A stretch of 64,000 bases of DNA from the human T2T-CHM13v2.0 reference genome, Homo sapiens. Under the pieces are notes generated by a model that was given only the letters and a program-made list of their open reading frames with translations, did not search any database and had not been told where the DNA came from. The stretch is taken from NCBI RefSeq assembly GCF_009914755.1, contig NC_060926.1. One strand, written 5' to 3'. Shown piece after piece: positions 45,540 to 59,245 of this stretch. Each line of letters opens with the position of its first letter. The first letter of the stretch is position 1. Position numbers and translations under genes: made by a program.

Positions 45540-45870
45540 TGCCAATGCCCTGCATGTCAGGGAAGAGCTGTGTACACCCTTTGGGGATACTGAGGAAGGA
45601 GCAGTAATCACATTGGGGGTGCAAGAGGGGCACCACACAGAGCTGTCTGAGTTGGGCGTGAGGGATGGCTAGGCCCCCTGAGGGGGAGGAGCAAAGGAAA
45701 GATGGCAGAAGCAGAGGTGGAGCATGTGCAAAGGACCAGAGGCCTGGAGGTGCATTTCGAGAGGCACAGAGGCACAGTTTCAGAGGCACAGAGGTGCATG
45801 ATTTCGGGTGTGGCCACTGGGCCATTATGGCTGGAACTCATGGGAAATGGAAGGAGTTGTGACAGAGGAG
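45540..45870 (-). mobile_element. L2 fragment
   Basis: gcagaggtggagcatgtgcaaaggaccagagg, aggcacagaggtgcatg. Confidence 0.55.
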
Positions 45871-47034
45871 GCTGGGAAGCTGGGCAGGAGATGTCCATGG
45901 AGGTTCTAGGCAGGAAAGTATGTGGTCACTCTACCTGTGTGGCTTTCCTGCCTGTAGGGGCTCAATTGGAGTGTCCTTTTCTCCACCTAGCTTCAGCCCA
46001 AGGGAAACAGGGGACCAGACAGCTGGTGAGGGGGCAGCTCAAACTGTGGAAGAAGAGAGGCTCTCTCAGCCCTCCTCCCTCTCCAGTGCTGAGGCAACAA
46101 CAGGCCCAGGCCACACTGGGGGATGTGGAGATCTGGAGAGCCATGGGCTTCATTCACAGAAGCTGACCCACCACCCCACCACAGCCCCCACTCAGAGGCC
46201 TTGGGGCATCCCTGGGGGCTCCAGCCTTGAACAGGGGCTTTGCCTGGCTCTAGTCTGGGGATGTCACCCCAGCTGCCCTCACCAGCTCTGCGTGGGAATC
46301 CTGCTTCAGGGCCAGCGGCCCCTCCCTGCCCCTCCAGTGAGTCCATGGCCCTGAACTCCTTCCCCGCTCCCTGCGATGGGAGGCTTGTGGCCTAGATCTG
46401 GGGACAAGCCCCAGAGCCTGAGGCAGCTCCAAGCTGACCTGATCACATCCGCTCTCAGGGGATGGGAGGTGTGAAGATGCTGGTTTCTGAAGTTGGGGGT
46501 GGGGGCTGCCCACAGGGGAAAGATCCATGAAGAGGGAGACGACCCCACCCCCACCCGCAGTCTTCCCTGGTACAGCACGTGGCCCTGGGCCTGCGGGATT
46601 TTCATGCTCGACCAACTGCCATGGGCCCTAAGCCCTCCTGGTTCAGGCCTCGGTGTGGGGCAGGTGTGGCTGAGAACCAGACTTGGGAATTCAGGGTCAG
46701 CCTCAGTCCAGAGGCTGGGAGGAGTTGAGAGGAAGGTCGGGTGTTGCTGAGTCCCAGCTTCAGTAGGAACATGCCTGGTCTTCAGGCACATGGAGAGGCG
46801 AGAGAGAACCCCAGGAGGTACTGTCCGGGGCTGGGTCAGCAGGAGCCATTGCTCTGTGCATTGCTCTGTGTCTCCAGTGACACCCAGAGGGCAGAACTGC
46901 AGCTGACCCAATGCCGAGGCAGGGAGTGGGGAGCCTTGTGTAAGAGAAATCTGAAGCAAGGTTCAGGATGATCCAGGCCAGTTTAATAAACACAGGATGG
47001 AGAGGCCCCAAGCTAGGCCACTTCAGGATGCCCT

Positions 47035-47508
47035 CAGCCCACAAAGCCCAAAGTAAATCAGAAGTCCCCATCGTCATCTGTAAAGCCTATGGATTGGTTT
47101 TCTCACATGGCAAAGGGAACTTTGCAGATGTGATCAGGTAAAGGATCTTGAGATGGGGAGATGACCCTGATTATCCGTGTGGGCTCAATGGAATCACAAG
47201 GGTCCTTACAAGAGGGAGGCAAGAGGGTCAGAGTCAGAGAGTAGATATGACCACGGAAGCTGTTGTCCATGTGATGTGGTGCCATGGGCCGAGGAACACG
47301 GGCAGCCTCTAGAAGTTGCAAAAGTCAAGGAAGTGAAGACACTCCTAGCTAGAGCCAGAAGGGGCGCAGCCCTGCCACCACCGTGGCTTTACGCCAGTGA
47401 GGCTGATTTTGGTGTCTGACCTCTAGAACTGTGAGATCATACATATTTGTCATTTTAAGCTACTCATTTTGTGATAAATTGTTTCAGCAACAACAGGAAA
47501 GTAATATG
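47035..47508 (+). mobile_element. MLT1C/D-like MaLR LTR
   Basis: cacatggcaaagggaactttgcagatgtgat, ggatcttgagatggggagat, tctgacctctagaactgtgag; 5' boundary approximate. Confidence 0.88.
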
Positions 47509-47577
47509 AGGCATGAACTTTTCCAGAGCTAGAGAGGGGTAGAGGTTAAAACTGAATCCAAGTCTGACTCCAAAAGA

Positions 47578-47743
47578 TGTTATGACCTGAATTTTCATGT
47601 TCCCCTACAATTCATACGTTGAAGCCCTAAATCCCAGCCCATGAGGCCTCTAAGAAAGTAACTAATGTTAAATGAGGACCTAAGGGTGGGGTCCTGATCA
47701 GATGGGATTAGTGCTCTGATAAGAAGAAACAATGGAATACAGT

Positions 47744-47824
<81 letters not shown>

Positions 47825-47831
47825 CTCTCTC

Positions 47832-47864
<33 letters not shown>

Positions 47865-48025
47865 GACACAGCAAGAAGGTGGCTGCCTACAAGCCAGGAA
47901 GAGAGCCCTCACCAGAACCTGACAGTGCTGGTCCCTTCATCCTGGACTTCCAGCCTCCAGAGCTGTGAGAAATAAGCCACTCAGTCTATGATATTTTGTT
48001 ATGGCAGCTCGAGCAGATGAATACA
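47578..48025 (+). mobile_element. MLT1A-like MaLR solo LTR containing a long (CT)n tract
   Basis: attcatacgttgaagccctaa, caagccaggaagagagccctcaccagaacc, tattttgttatggcagctcgagcagatgaataca; flanked by gatgtta repeats. Confidence 0.9.
47744..47864. repeat. Imperfect (CT)n microsatellite, about 120 bp
   Basis: Pyrimidine-only except a single G. Confidence 0.97.
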
Positions 48026-48419
48026 GATGTTAAGAAGCTCAGAACGCACAGTAAAGGGTGATACTACTTGTCCAGGTAAGAGAGGTGTCCCAGCCTACAG
48101 CCAAGCTGGATGGACCAATGCTGAGCCTTGCCTTGAGGCACTGGAAGGGTGCTCCACAGGAATCAGGAGCTGAGAAGCTCAGAACTGCAAAATGGCCCCT
48201 AGCCCCTGCTTTTTCATGGAGGAGCTGCAGCTACCTGACAGCTCTCTGTTCTCACAGGGGTTAGGACCCAGGAGCTGCCCTTCCATGATCACAGCTGGCT
48301 CGGGCTTCTGCTGACAGGCGAGGCTGGGCTGGCTTGCCAGCAGAACCTCTTATCTCCTTCATGTGGAGTGAGTGGAAGGCAGGGGACCTTTCTTGACACT
48401 TGGAAGAGACAAAGCCCAG

Positions 48420-48590
48420 CTCTACCATGACTGACCACGAGACCCTGGATAAATCACTGACTCATTCCTGTCCTCAGTCTCTCCAGCTGTAGATGGGATG
48501 GCAATGTCTACCTCTGCGGACTGTTGGAAGGATCAGTTGCATGTTAGTCTAAGTGGAACTGATGCTCAGCTGGTACACAGTGCTATGACC
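48420..48590 (+). mobile_element. MIR fragment
   Basis: gaccctggataaatcactgactcattcctgtcctcagtctctccagctgtagatgggat. Confidence 0.6.
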
Positions 48591-49250
48591 GCTCTGCCTC
48601 CCATTGTCAGGGGCTGGAGTCCCTTCTGGCTGGCAGCTGCCTGCACCTCGCCAGGGATTAAACCATTTTACTCTACCCCTTGGAACTAAATCAAGTATTC
48701 TTAAGCTCCAATTACCTGCTACCAACCAGCACACCTGGTAAATACATTTCTATGGGGCTGGCCTCCCGTGCTGAGCTTTTACTTCTCTGTAACAGGGAGG
48801 TGTGGATTCTCGAGTGCCTCCCTGTGAGGGAGACATTTGGTCACCTGGAGCCTCTGGCCAGTAGTCTGTTTTAAGCAGCACCATTGTTCCTGCTATTCTC
48901 CCCTTTCCAGAATGCCTAGTGGGAAGCCTGTACACTTCCCCCACCTCTTATTCCTGACCATAGTCTGAGAGCTCTGGGAGGGAATGAGGGACTGGGGGAC
49001 AGTCAAGCAAGGGGAGAGAGCCAGCAGGGACAGCCTCTTCAAGTGACCTTCCCAGATTTTTTTTGAAAGTATCATTCAGTGATACATCTACTCACGATGC
49101 TATATTTATCTATGAAAGAGGCAGGATATTTTTGAGCGGATGTAATTTTTGGCTCTCTCCCTTCAAGAAAAAAAAAAGTGTCATTCCTATTCATTTCTTC
49201 CTGCCTCTGCTTCTGTCTCTCACACATTTCTTTTGTATAAACATACCCCC

Positions 49251-49302
49251 CACACATGCACACACACGCACATACACATACACACATCTGTGCACACACA
49301 CA
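49251..49302. repeat. Imperfect (CA)n purine-pyrimidine repeat
   Basis: cacacatgcacacacacgcacatacacatacacacatctgtgcacacacaca. Confidence 0.85.
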
Positions 49303-50369
49303 GAGGCAGGCACATGGTCCAAGAGCTAAAATTCCGTGACTCTCTTTGGCTGATTCAGACTTATCTAGCATGATGCATAGAAAGGCAGATAGACAGGAGG
49401 AACAGGAGAAACAAAAAGGAAACTGAGTTTGTTCATTTATATTTTTGCCTCCAACTTCACTGAACACTTAATGTTATGGGAAATTGGATGAGGGCAAGAG
49501 AAAGCTCTGAGAGACACCTGCCAGGGTAGCAGTTGGGTGAACCAGGTCAGAAAGAACACTTTTCTCTCTGGCTTCCAAGAAGTCACAGAGAGCAGAGGTA
49601 CCCCATTTGCAGGTGACCCAAAGCTGAGACCTGGGGTAAGGGAAGTCTGAAGCAAGATTCAGGATTTTTAGGGCAAGCCTGAGGAAGAGTAAGATGAACT
49701 GTTACCAGGATGAGCATCTTTCATTCTGCATTTAAATTAAATTACCAACACAAATGCCTCAAGTGTGGGTTGGAGGATTTCTACCTACAGGGTGAGCAGG
49801 TGCCTCCTGTGTGATCTGGGCGCTGGGACTGTCAGAGCTGCAAAGGTCTCCAGGCAGTAAATCAGAAAGGGAGGAGGTGGGGGAGCACTTGGCTCCAGGT
49901 CTCTTTAGCTGAGTTACAGACAGATGCTGGGTTCAGGTATCAAATAATTGAAGAGAGAGAGAAAAATGACCAAATCTAGAGAAAGGACCAAATTTGAGAC
50001 CCAGAGAACATCAGCAGAAGGTGTCTTACAGGCTCAAGAACCAGGGGTTTGGGAAGGGAGAGACAGGGTTGGGATCTGGTAGAAAGGGGACAAGAGTTGA
50101 CCTAAGGGACTCAAACCTAAGGTAATTTCCTAGTGGAACTTGGGCTGTGCTGGGGGCTGCAGAGCCCTGAGCTGCCCCTCCCAAGACAGCAGTTCCAGCG
50201 GCTTTTGGAGAATAGGACATTACTTAGTGTATGGATGAGTGGGTAAATGCTTGCTTGAGTTTGGGGTGGGGACCCTTCCTGGAGGGGCCACCAGGTCACA
50301 GAAGAAGCCAGACAGTGTGGGAGTCCCTGGGGATAGCACCCTCCATACCAAGGTTTACAGCTATTGGGG

Positions 50370-50590
50370 GCAGGAACCATCACTAGAGTCAGAAGCTCTA
50401 GGCCTGTCGCTGACTCGCTGGAGGACCGTGTGCAGCTCATCAAACCTCTCTGAGCCTCAATTTCTTCATCTGTTACAGGAGAGTGGTGATAATATTGCAG
50501 AGGGCTTTGTGAGGATTGAATGAGCTGGGCCATGGAAAAGGACTTTTAAAAAGTGCTTTCTAAATGGTAAAGCACAATACAAGTGTTGTT
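50370..50590 (+). mobile_element. MIR SINE
   Basis: aacctctctgagcctcaatttcttcatctgt...ttgtgaggattgaatgag. Confidence 0.8.
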
Positions 50591-51380
50591 TTACTTTTCT
50601 CTAAGAAAAGGCAGAGGGCTTCTATGGAAAGAACGTGGGCTTTGAAAATTGACAGGTGGAATCCTGGTTATATCCCCTGTAAGCTGTGTGGCCATGGGGA
50701 AGTTCTAGAACATAAGTAGATAGGTGTATAGCCATCCCTTCCACCCACTGTTTCTTAACAATTAAAGTATAATTTACATACAGTAATTCATTCTTTTTAG
50801 TATACAGTACTGTGAGTTTTGACAAATAAATACATTGGTGTAACCTGCATCACAATCAAGATACAAGCCGAATGGTCCCAAGATTCTAAACACTTCCCCC
50901 ATCTGCTCTGTATTGATCTCCATACATCCAGCTACTGGCAATCACTTAACCAGTTTTTTGCTCCTATAGTTTGCCTTTTCCAGAATGTCATATGAATGGA
51001 AGCATGCAGTATTTCGCCTTTCAAGTCTGGCTTTTCTCACTGAGCATAATAATGCTTTTGAGATTCATCCCTGCAGCAGTATGTGTCAGTAGTCACTCCT
51101 TTATATTGCCAAATAGTACTCCATGAACGTACTACAGTTTATCAATTGCCCAGCTGAGGGACAGCTGGGTTGTTTCCTGTTTGGGGCCATTGTGAGTATA
51201 ACTGCAGTAAACACGCAGATTTCTATGTGAACCTGTTTTCCCCTACGGTAAATCCTAGGAATAGAATAACTGGGCTGTATGTTAGATGTTTGTTTATAAG
51301 AAACTGGTAAAGTCTTTTCCAATGTGGCTCTACCCTTTTTCATTCCCGCCAGCACTGAATGAGTATTCCAATTGTTTCTC

Positions 51381-52378
51381 TGTGGGTGGCAAGCCATCCA
51401 GGTGCTGAGGCAAGAGACCGAGAGCATGAGCTGTTCCAGTATAATAAAATATATAAAACAACAAGAGTTATACTAGATCTAGATCATAGACATGATTATA
51501 TATGAATATCATTAATCATTAGTTTGTAGCAATTACTCTTTATTCCAATATTATAATAATCCTCGATCTATAACCATAACCTAGGAAAAACCAGGCCATA
51601 CAGAGATAGGAGCTGAGGGGACATAGTGAGAAGTGAGCAGAAGACAAGAGTGCGAGCCTTCTGTTATGCCCAGACAGGGCCACCAGAGGGCTCCTTGGTC
51701 TAGCGGTAACACCAGCGTCAGGGAAGACGCCCGTTGCCAACAGACTGTGGTCTAGCAGTAGCGTCAGTGTCAAGGAAAAACACCCGCTACTTAGCAGACT
51801 GGGAAACGGAGTCTCCCTTTCCCTGGGGGAGTTTAGAGAAGACTCTACTCCTCCACCTCTTGTGGAGGGCCTGACATGAGTTAGGCCTGCCCGCAGTTAT
51901 CTGGAGACCTAACCGTCTCCCTGTGATGCTGTGCTTCAGTGGTCACACTCCTAGTCTGCTTTCATGTTCCATCCGGTACACCTGGCTCTGCCTTTTAGAT
52001 AACAGTAGCAAAATAAGTGAAAGTACTAAAAGTCTCTGATAAGCAGAAATAAATGCATAAGCTGTCTCTCTCTCTCTCCCTCTCTCTCTCTGCCTCGGCT
52101 GCCAGGCAGGGAGGGGCCCCCTGTCCAGTGGACACGTGACCTTACCTATCACTGGAGATGGCTCACACTCCTTACCTTGTCCCTTGTCTTGTATCCAATA
52201 AATATCAGCACAGCCTGGCATTCGGGGCCACTACCAGTCTCTGCATCTTGGTGGTAGTGGTCCCCTGGGCCCAGCTGTCTTTTCTTTTATCTCTTTGTCT
52301 TGTGTCTTTATTTCTACAATCTCTCGTCTCCACACATGGGGAGAAAAACCCACCGACCCTGTGGGGCTGGACCCTACA
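51381..52378 (+). mobile_element. LTR13 solo LTR (HERV-K/ERVK group), 998 bp, complete
   Basis: tgtgggtggcaagccatccagg...ggggctggaccctaca; perfect 6-bp TSD tttctc (51375-51380, 52379-52384); AATAAA at 52197. Confidence 0.92.
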
Positions 52379-52443
52379 TTTCTCATCCTCGTCAGCACTT
52401 GGTATTGTCAGGTTATTTTATTTTAACCATTTTAATTGTATAG

Positions 52444-52860
<417 letters not shown>

Positions 52861-53873
52861 TAAAAATTTCAGTTGCTTCTTTACTTACTATTGAGTTTTG
52901 AGGGTTCTTTTTATATTCTGGATACGAATCCTTTCTTGGATATGTGATTTGCCAATGTTTTTTGCCAGTCTGTGGTTAGTCTTTTCACTCTCTTATCAGT
53001 GTCTTTCAAACAACAGAAGTTATTAACGTTTTGATGAAATCAACTTAGCAATTTTTTTCTTTTCTGAATCATGCTTCTAGTATTGAGTTGAGGACATTTT
53101 TGCCTAGCCCAAAGTCACAAAGATTTTCTTCTGTGTTCCTTCTAGAAGTTTTATAATTTTACATTAAGGTTTATGATCCATTTTGTGGTAGTTTTTACAT
53201 TGGAGTGGGAAGTATGGATTGGAGGTTTACTTTTTGCCTATGCATATTTAATTGTTTCAGCACCATTTGTGAAAAGACTATCCTTTCTCTACTGAATTTC
53301 CTTTGTATTTGTGTAAAAAAGTTGTTGACTATATGTGTGTATCTATTTCTGGACTCTATATTCTGTACCATTGACATATCTATTTTTTTCTTTTTCCCTC
53401 CAAAATCATACACTGACCTCATTGCTATAGTTTTATGATAAATATAGTAAGTCCTGAAATCAGGTAGCATGGTTCCTCCAACTTTGCTTTTGTTTTCTCC
53501 CAAATTGTTTTGGCTATTCCAGTTCCTTTGCCTTTCCATACAAATTTTAGCCTCAGATTGTCAATTTCTATTAAAAATTTGCAGAGAGTTTTATTGAAAT
53601 TGAATCAAATGTATAGATCAATTTGGAGCGAATTGACATCCTAATATTGGGCTTCCTTTGATGTCTTTCATCAGTGTTTTATAAATTTCAAAATATAGAT
53701 ATTGCATATATCGCAGAATTTGAAACTGATATATTTAATGCATTTGGTGATTTGGTCTTCTCTTTCAGTCTGGCTTAGAAGTTAATCGATTTTATTCATT
53801 TTTTTTCAAAGAGCCAGCTTTTCATTTTGTTGACTTTTTTATATTGTTTTTCTGTCAATTTCATATATTTCTA

Positions 53874-54191
<318 letters not shown>

Positions 54192-55146
54192 TAATCTTTC
54201 TTATATTGATATTGTTTTCTTTCTTCTGCCTGTCTTGAGTTTAATTTGCTTTCTACTCTAGTTTTATAAGGTGGAAGACTAGTCATTTATTTTATACCTT
54301 TATTCTTTCCTAATGTAAGTATTTAGTGCTATACATTTTCCCTCAAAGTACTGACTGAAATGCATCACACAATGCTTGATTGCTTGATATTTTGTTTATA
54401 TTTTCATTCAGTTCAAATTATTTTCTAATTTTCTGTTACTTCCTTTTGACCCATAGATTATGTAGAAGGGTGTTTTAAAATTTCCAACTATTTGAGGACT
54501 TTGCAGATATCTTCTTGGTTTTGATTTCTAGTTTAATTCTGCTGTGGTCAATTAACTTATTTTCTATTATGTAAATTCCTTTGAATGTGTAAGTATTAAA
54601 ACTGACCCTGAACATGATCTGTTTTGTGACTATTCCATGTGTTCTTGAATGAGTATTTTGCTCTTGTTGTGTGAACTATTCTACAAATATCAATTAGATG
54701 AAGTTAATTGACAATATTGTTTGGGTCTTCTATATCCTTAGAGATTTTCTGACTACTCCTTTTATTGGTTATTTACAGAGGAGCATTGTAGTTTCCACGT
54801 ATAATGTGGATTTGTCTATTTCTCCTTTCAGTTATATCATTTTTTGCTTCATGTATTTTTAAGCTCTCATTTTAGATGTACACATATTTAGGATTATCAT
54901 GTCTTTCAGTGGAATTACCCTATAATCATTGTATACTGGCCACCTCTATGACTAGTAATATTTCTTGTTCTGAAGTCTATTTTGTCTAATATTAATGTGG
55001 CCACTCCAGCTTACTTTTAAATAAGGCTTGCATAATATATCTTTCCCCATTATTTTAGTTTTATCCTAACTGTATAATAAGAGACAGAATATAGTTTTGT
55101 CTTTAAAAAAAATCCAATTTGACAATTGCACTTTTTAATTTGTGTA

Positions 55147-55567
55147 TGCATTAGTCTGCTAGGGCTGCCATAACAAAATATCATGGACTGGGCGGTCTAA
55201 CCAACAGAAATGTATTTGCTCACAGTTCTAGAGGCTGGGACTCCAAGATGAAGGTGAGAGTATGGCTGGGAGTCCAAGATGAAGGTGACAGTAGGGTTGG
55301 TTCCTGCTGAAGCCTCTCTCTTTGGCCTGCAGATGGCTGCCTCCTCCCTGTGTCTTCATGTGGCCTTTTCTGTGTGTGTGCGTATCTCTGGTATCTCTCT
55401 TCTTATAAGAACACTAGTCATAATGGATTGGGCTCTATTCTTATCATCTCGTTCAACTTTAACTACCTCTTTAAAAGTTCTATGTCCAAATAGAGTCACA
55501 TTCTAGGGTACTAGTGGTTAGGGCTTCAACAAATTGGTTTTAGGGAGACAGTATTCGGTCTATAACA
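55147..55567 (-). mobile_element. MLT1A/B-like MaLR solo LTR inserted in L1
   Basis: tgcattagtctgctagggctgccataacaaaata...tataaca; TSD gtgta/gtata. Confidence 0.9.
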
Positions 55568-58249
55568 GTATATTATGCAATTTACATTTAATATAATTAC
55601 TGATATGTTTGGATTAAAATCTACAATCTTGCTAGCTTTTTTCCTATTTCATTTTTCCTTATTTTTCTCTTTTTTCAGATTGAATATTACTTATTCTATT
55701 TTATATCTATTACTGGGTTATTTTTATTTCATTTTAAATTTATTTATAATACTTATAAATATTCATCACAGTCTAACTTCAAATACTATCATATGGCTTC
55801 ATTTGTACAGTAAGGGTCTTATAGCAATATATTCCTGATTTCTCTCTCCCATCGTTTGTGCCAGTGTTGTCTTACATTTTTCTTTTATATGTGCTGTAAA
55901 TACCCAAGATATTACAAGCATTTTGCCTCAGGCAGACAGTTATCTTGTGGAGCAACTGAAAATTTATTTTCATTTATGCCATTTCCAATGCTTGTTATTT
56001 CTTTTTGTAGGTACTTGTTTCTGTTTACTATCATATACTTTATTCTAAAGAAATTCCTTTGATATTTCTTGTAGCACTGGCCTGCTGGCAATGGACTTGA
56101 TGTTTTTATTTTCCTGAAATTTTTTTATTGCTCCTTTATATTGGAAAGATATCTTCAGTGGGAATAGATTCTGAGTTAAAGTCTTTTTTTCCTTTCAGCA
56201 CGTTAAAGATGTTGTTCCATTGTGCTCTGGCTTACATAGTTTCTGAAAAGAAGTCTGCTATACTCTCTCCTTTGTTTGTCTATATTATGTGTCATTTTTC
56301 CTTGGGTACCTTCAAAATTTTCTCTTTGTTCTTGGATTTTAGCTGTTTGAATATAATATGTTTACGTTTACTCCTCTTCTTCCTCCTGCCTCCCTTTCTC
56401 TTCCTTCTTTCTCTTATTTTTCTTCTATCCTGTTTGCTCTTCTTAGGTTAATGAATGTAGTTTGGTGTCATTATTTTTAAAAACTCTGAGCAACCATCCT
56501 TACAAATACTGTTTCTGCCCTGTTCTCTCCCTCTTCACCTTCTGGGATTTCACTTCCATCCATGTTAGGACTGTTTCATATTGTCCCATAGGTCTTCAAT
56601 TCTGTTCCATTTTTCACTTGTTTTTCTCTTTGTGTTGCTGTTTGAATAATTTCTATTGACTTGACTTCTAATCCACTGTTTCTTTTCTTAGCTGTGTCAA
56701 CTCTACTGATGAATCTTTCAATAGCATTCTCCAGCTCCTTGTTTTCCATTTCTAGCATTTCCATTTGTTTTTTATTTCTAGTTTTGCTCTCTTTGCTGGA
56801 ATTACCAACTTGACTATACATGTTGCTCACCTTTTCACTAAAACTTTTAACATATTAGCTGGAGTTATTTTATATTTCTTGTATAATTTCAACACCTTTG
56901 GCAAGTTTGAGTCTAGTTCTGCTGATTGCCTTATCTTTTTATTGGGCGTTATTTTTTTCTTGCTTCTTTGTGTTCTTTGTAACTTCTTTGTTGAAAGTCA
57001 GACATATTGTGCAGAACAGTACAGACTGACGGCTGGAAATGGGCATGCCTTGTCTTTTACTGGGCCTTTGTTATGGAGGTTTGAGCAAACTAGTCAGGAG
57101 ATGAGCTGTGTTTAGGTTTTACTGTTACTATGGCTATTGTTAGTGCATCATAGGCTTTAAATTTCTCTTGAAGTGCCTTGTGTTTAGGGTGGTAGCTGGT
57201 TTGCCAGAGGGTGTTGCTTAATGTCTATTTCACCATCAGCTTCAGGACTTCCCTTTGTGGCTACACCTTCAAGAAAATTTCTCTTCATACTCTTGATCCT
57301 CCTCCAGCAATAGATTGCTGTTACTTGTTACTTAACCCTTTTAGCCTGAAGTTGGAGAACAGGGCAGGGTTGAGGGGCATTGTCTGCTATTCTGCTTCAG
57401 CTTCAGTCTTAGGCAGAAGCTATGGCCCTGTGTCTCAAGGGCAGTGATATTTCAGTGATCCTGTCCCTTCCCTCTCTGTAGGAGACTCTACTGGTGTGCT
57501 CATATCTTTTCCCCTCACCCAGGGCAGAGAGTTTTTACTCTTCTCTTCTCGCAGCTGTGACAGATTTTCACCTGCTCCCTAAGGACAACAAAGTTTGCTG
57601 TCTTTTCTCCAATAGTTTGTTTGCTTTTTTTTTCCACAGGGGATATAGGGAGAAGGGTCTGTGTGGAACTTTGAGCTTCCCTGCAACACTTTTCCCCTGA
57701 ACCCGGAGAGAGGTCTGATCATATTTCTCACCCTCCTGCTTTCTTGTGAGCATCTAGTGTGGTCTATGGAGAAGAGATTGCAATGGACCGTGGATTCCCC
57801 TTATGTCTACAACTCCCAAGGGGTCTATACGATTATACAGCCCCCACATATTTGTTAGGAAGTTTGGCTGAATTCTTTCCAGTTTGTATGGAGTCTGACA
57901 TGTAAGCAAGTACCTGTGTTCTGTCTCCCTTTGGAGGTGCCTGCTTTTTCTTACATTTTGGGTTAGTTTGTTACTCGCAATCCCAGTTCTCTGATGAGAT
58001 CAAGAAAAGTCATTTTGCAGATTGTTGGCTTTTTCTTTTGGTAAGGATGACAGCAACGCTCTTTGCAGCTTTCTACACCCTAAGCAGGAGCCAGAAATCC
58101 ACAGCTTTGGAGTTTAAGAGTCTTGGAGCTTATTTGTTAGGTAATCTTTAAAAATGTTATTTGTATTTTTACTTTTTGGATTCTTTGAGAGTACAGATTA
58201 TTCTATGTATAGTTAAAGCAGAAGAATAACATACACCTTTGTTTTATCT

Positions 58250-59040
58250 CATGCAATGATTTTCTTTTTGTTGTTTGTTCTTATACATTTTTAAATTTAA
58301 GTCTTGAATAGGATGCACAATTACGTGGTTCAAAATTCAAAAGAGTATGCAATAAACGTCTCCATCCCATCCCTATTCTCTGGCCACCTGGTTCTAGGAA
58401 GCCAGTGTTACTTGTTTCTTATTATCCTCTCAGAAATATCTTGTGCAATTACAAGAAAATACCTCCGTGTCCTCTCCCCAATTATTTTTACACTAAATGG
58501 TAGCATACTTTGCATGCTGTTCTGTTTTCTTGTTTTTTAAATTCACTTAGCAATATGTTTCGAAGACCTTTCCTGATCAACACAAAGAATTTTCTAATTT
58601 TCATAACTCTATAATATTCCACAGTATGGGTACAACATTAGTTTAATCACATACTATTTATTTAACTGCCCATTGATGGATATTTAGGTTGTTTACTGCC
58701 TTTGACACTGTTAACAATCAGTACTATAAGCTTACTTCCCTTATCTGCAGAGATAATCTGTAGCATAAATTCTTGCTCATGAAATTTCTAGGCCTAAGGG
58801 TATGTGCATTTGTATTATGAATATTGCCATATTGCCCTTTCCAGGCACTACACTAATTTAGAGTCTCCCCTAAAATGCATAGGAGTGCCCGTTTCCTATA
58901 CCTTTGCCAAAATAGAACATTCCCAAACTTTTGGATCTTTGCCAATCTGGTAGGGCAAAAATAGTATCTCTGTGCAGTTTTAATTTACATTTATCTTAAT
59001 AAGAGTTGAGCCGGATGACTTTACATTGGCTAAAGATACA
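58250..59040 (-). mobile_element. Very old L1 (L1ME3/4-like) 3' end
   Basis: cccattgatggatatttaggttgttt, aagggtatgtgcattt, tctttgccaatctggtagg. Confidence 0.8.
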
Positions 59041-59061
59041 GTTTTTATTTCTCTTTCTGTT

Positions 59062-59245
59062 CTCCAGAGCCCAGAATGCCTCAGAGATTCCCATGGGGTT
59101 TGGGAGAGACAAGCCCAGGAGCAGGCATTATCATTCCCTCTGCCTCTCCCAGATTCAGCCAAGCAGTTCTGTTTTCACTTTTTAAATATGTATTGGAGTT
59201 CCCGCATAAAGTTTTATTGTGAGCAAAATGTTTCTGTTATATTTA
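59062..59245. mobile_element. MER112-like DNA transposon fragment
   Basis: ttcagccaagcagttctgttttca...tgtattggagttcccgcataaag. Confidence 0.5.

Noticed and set aside
46494-46553. 11-bp inverted repeat tgggggtgggg / ccccaccccca
   Set aside because: Low-complexity G/C runs, likely chance
46306-46959. Longest ORF (217 aa, minus strand)
   Set aside because: Non-ATG start, Pro/Ser/Gly-rich composition expected of GC-rich random sequence, overlapping ORFs in several frames, and no recognisable domain
47595-47912. ER-repeat ORF
   Set aside because: Translation of the (GA)n strand of a microsatellite
56576-56830. L1 ORF1p-like 84-aa ORF as a domesticated gene
   Set aside because: A short relic inside a frameshifted old L1, with no evidence of preserved coding beyond chance
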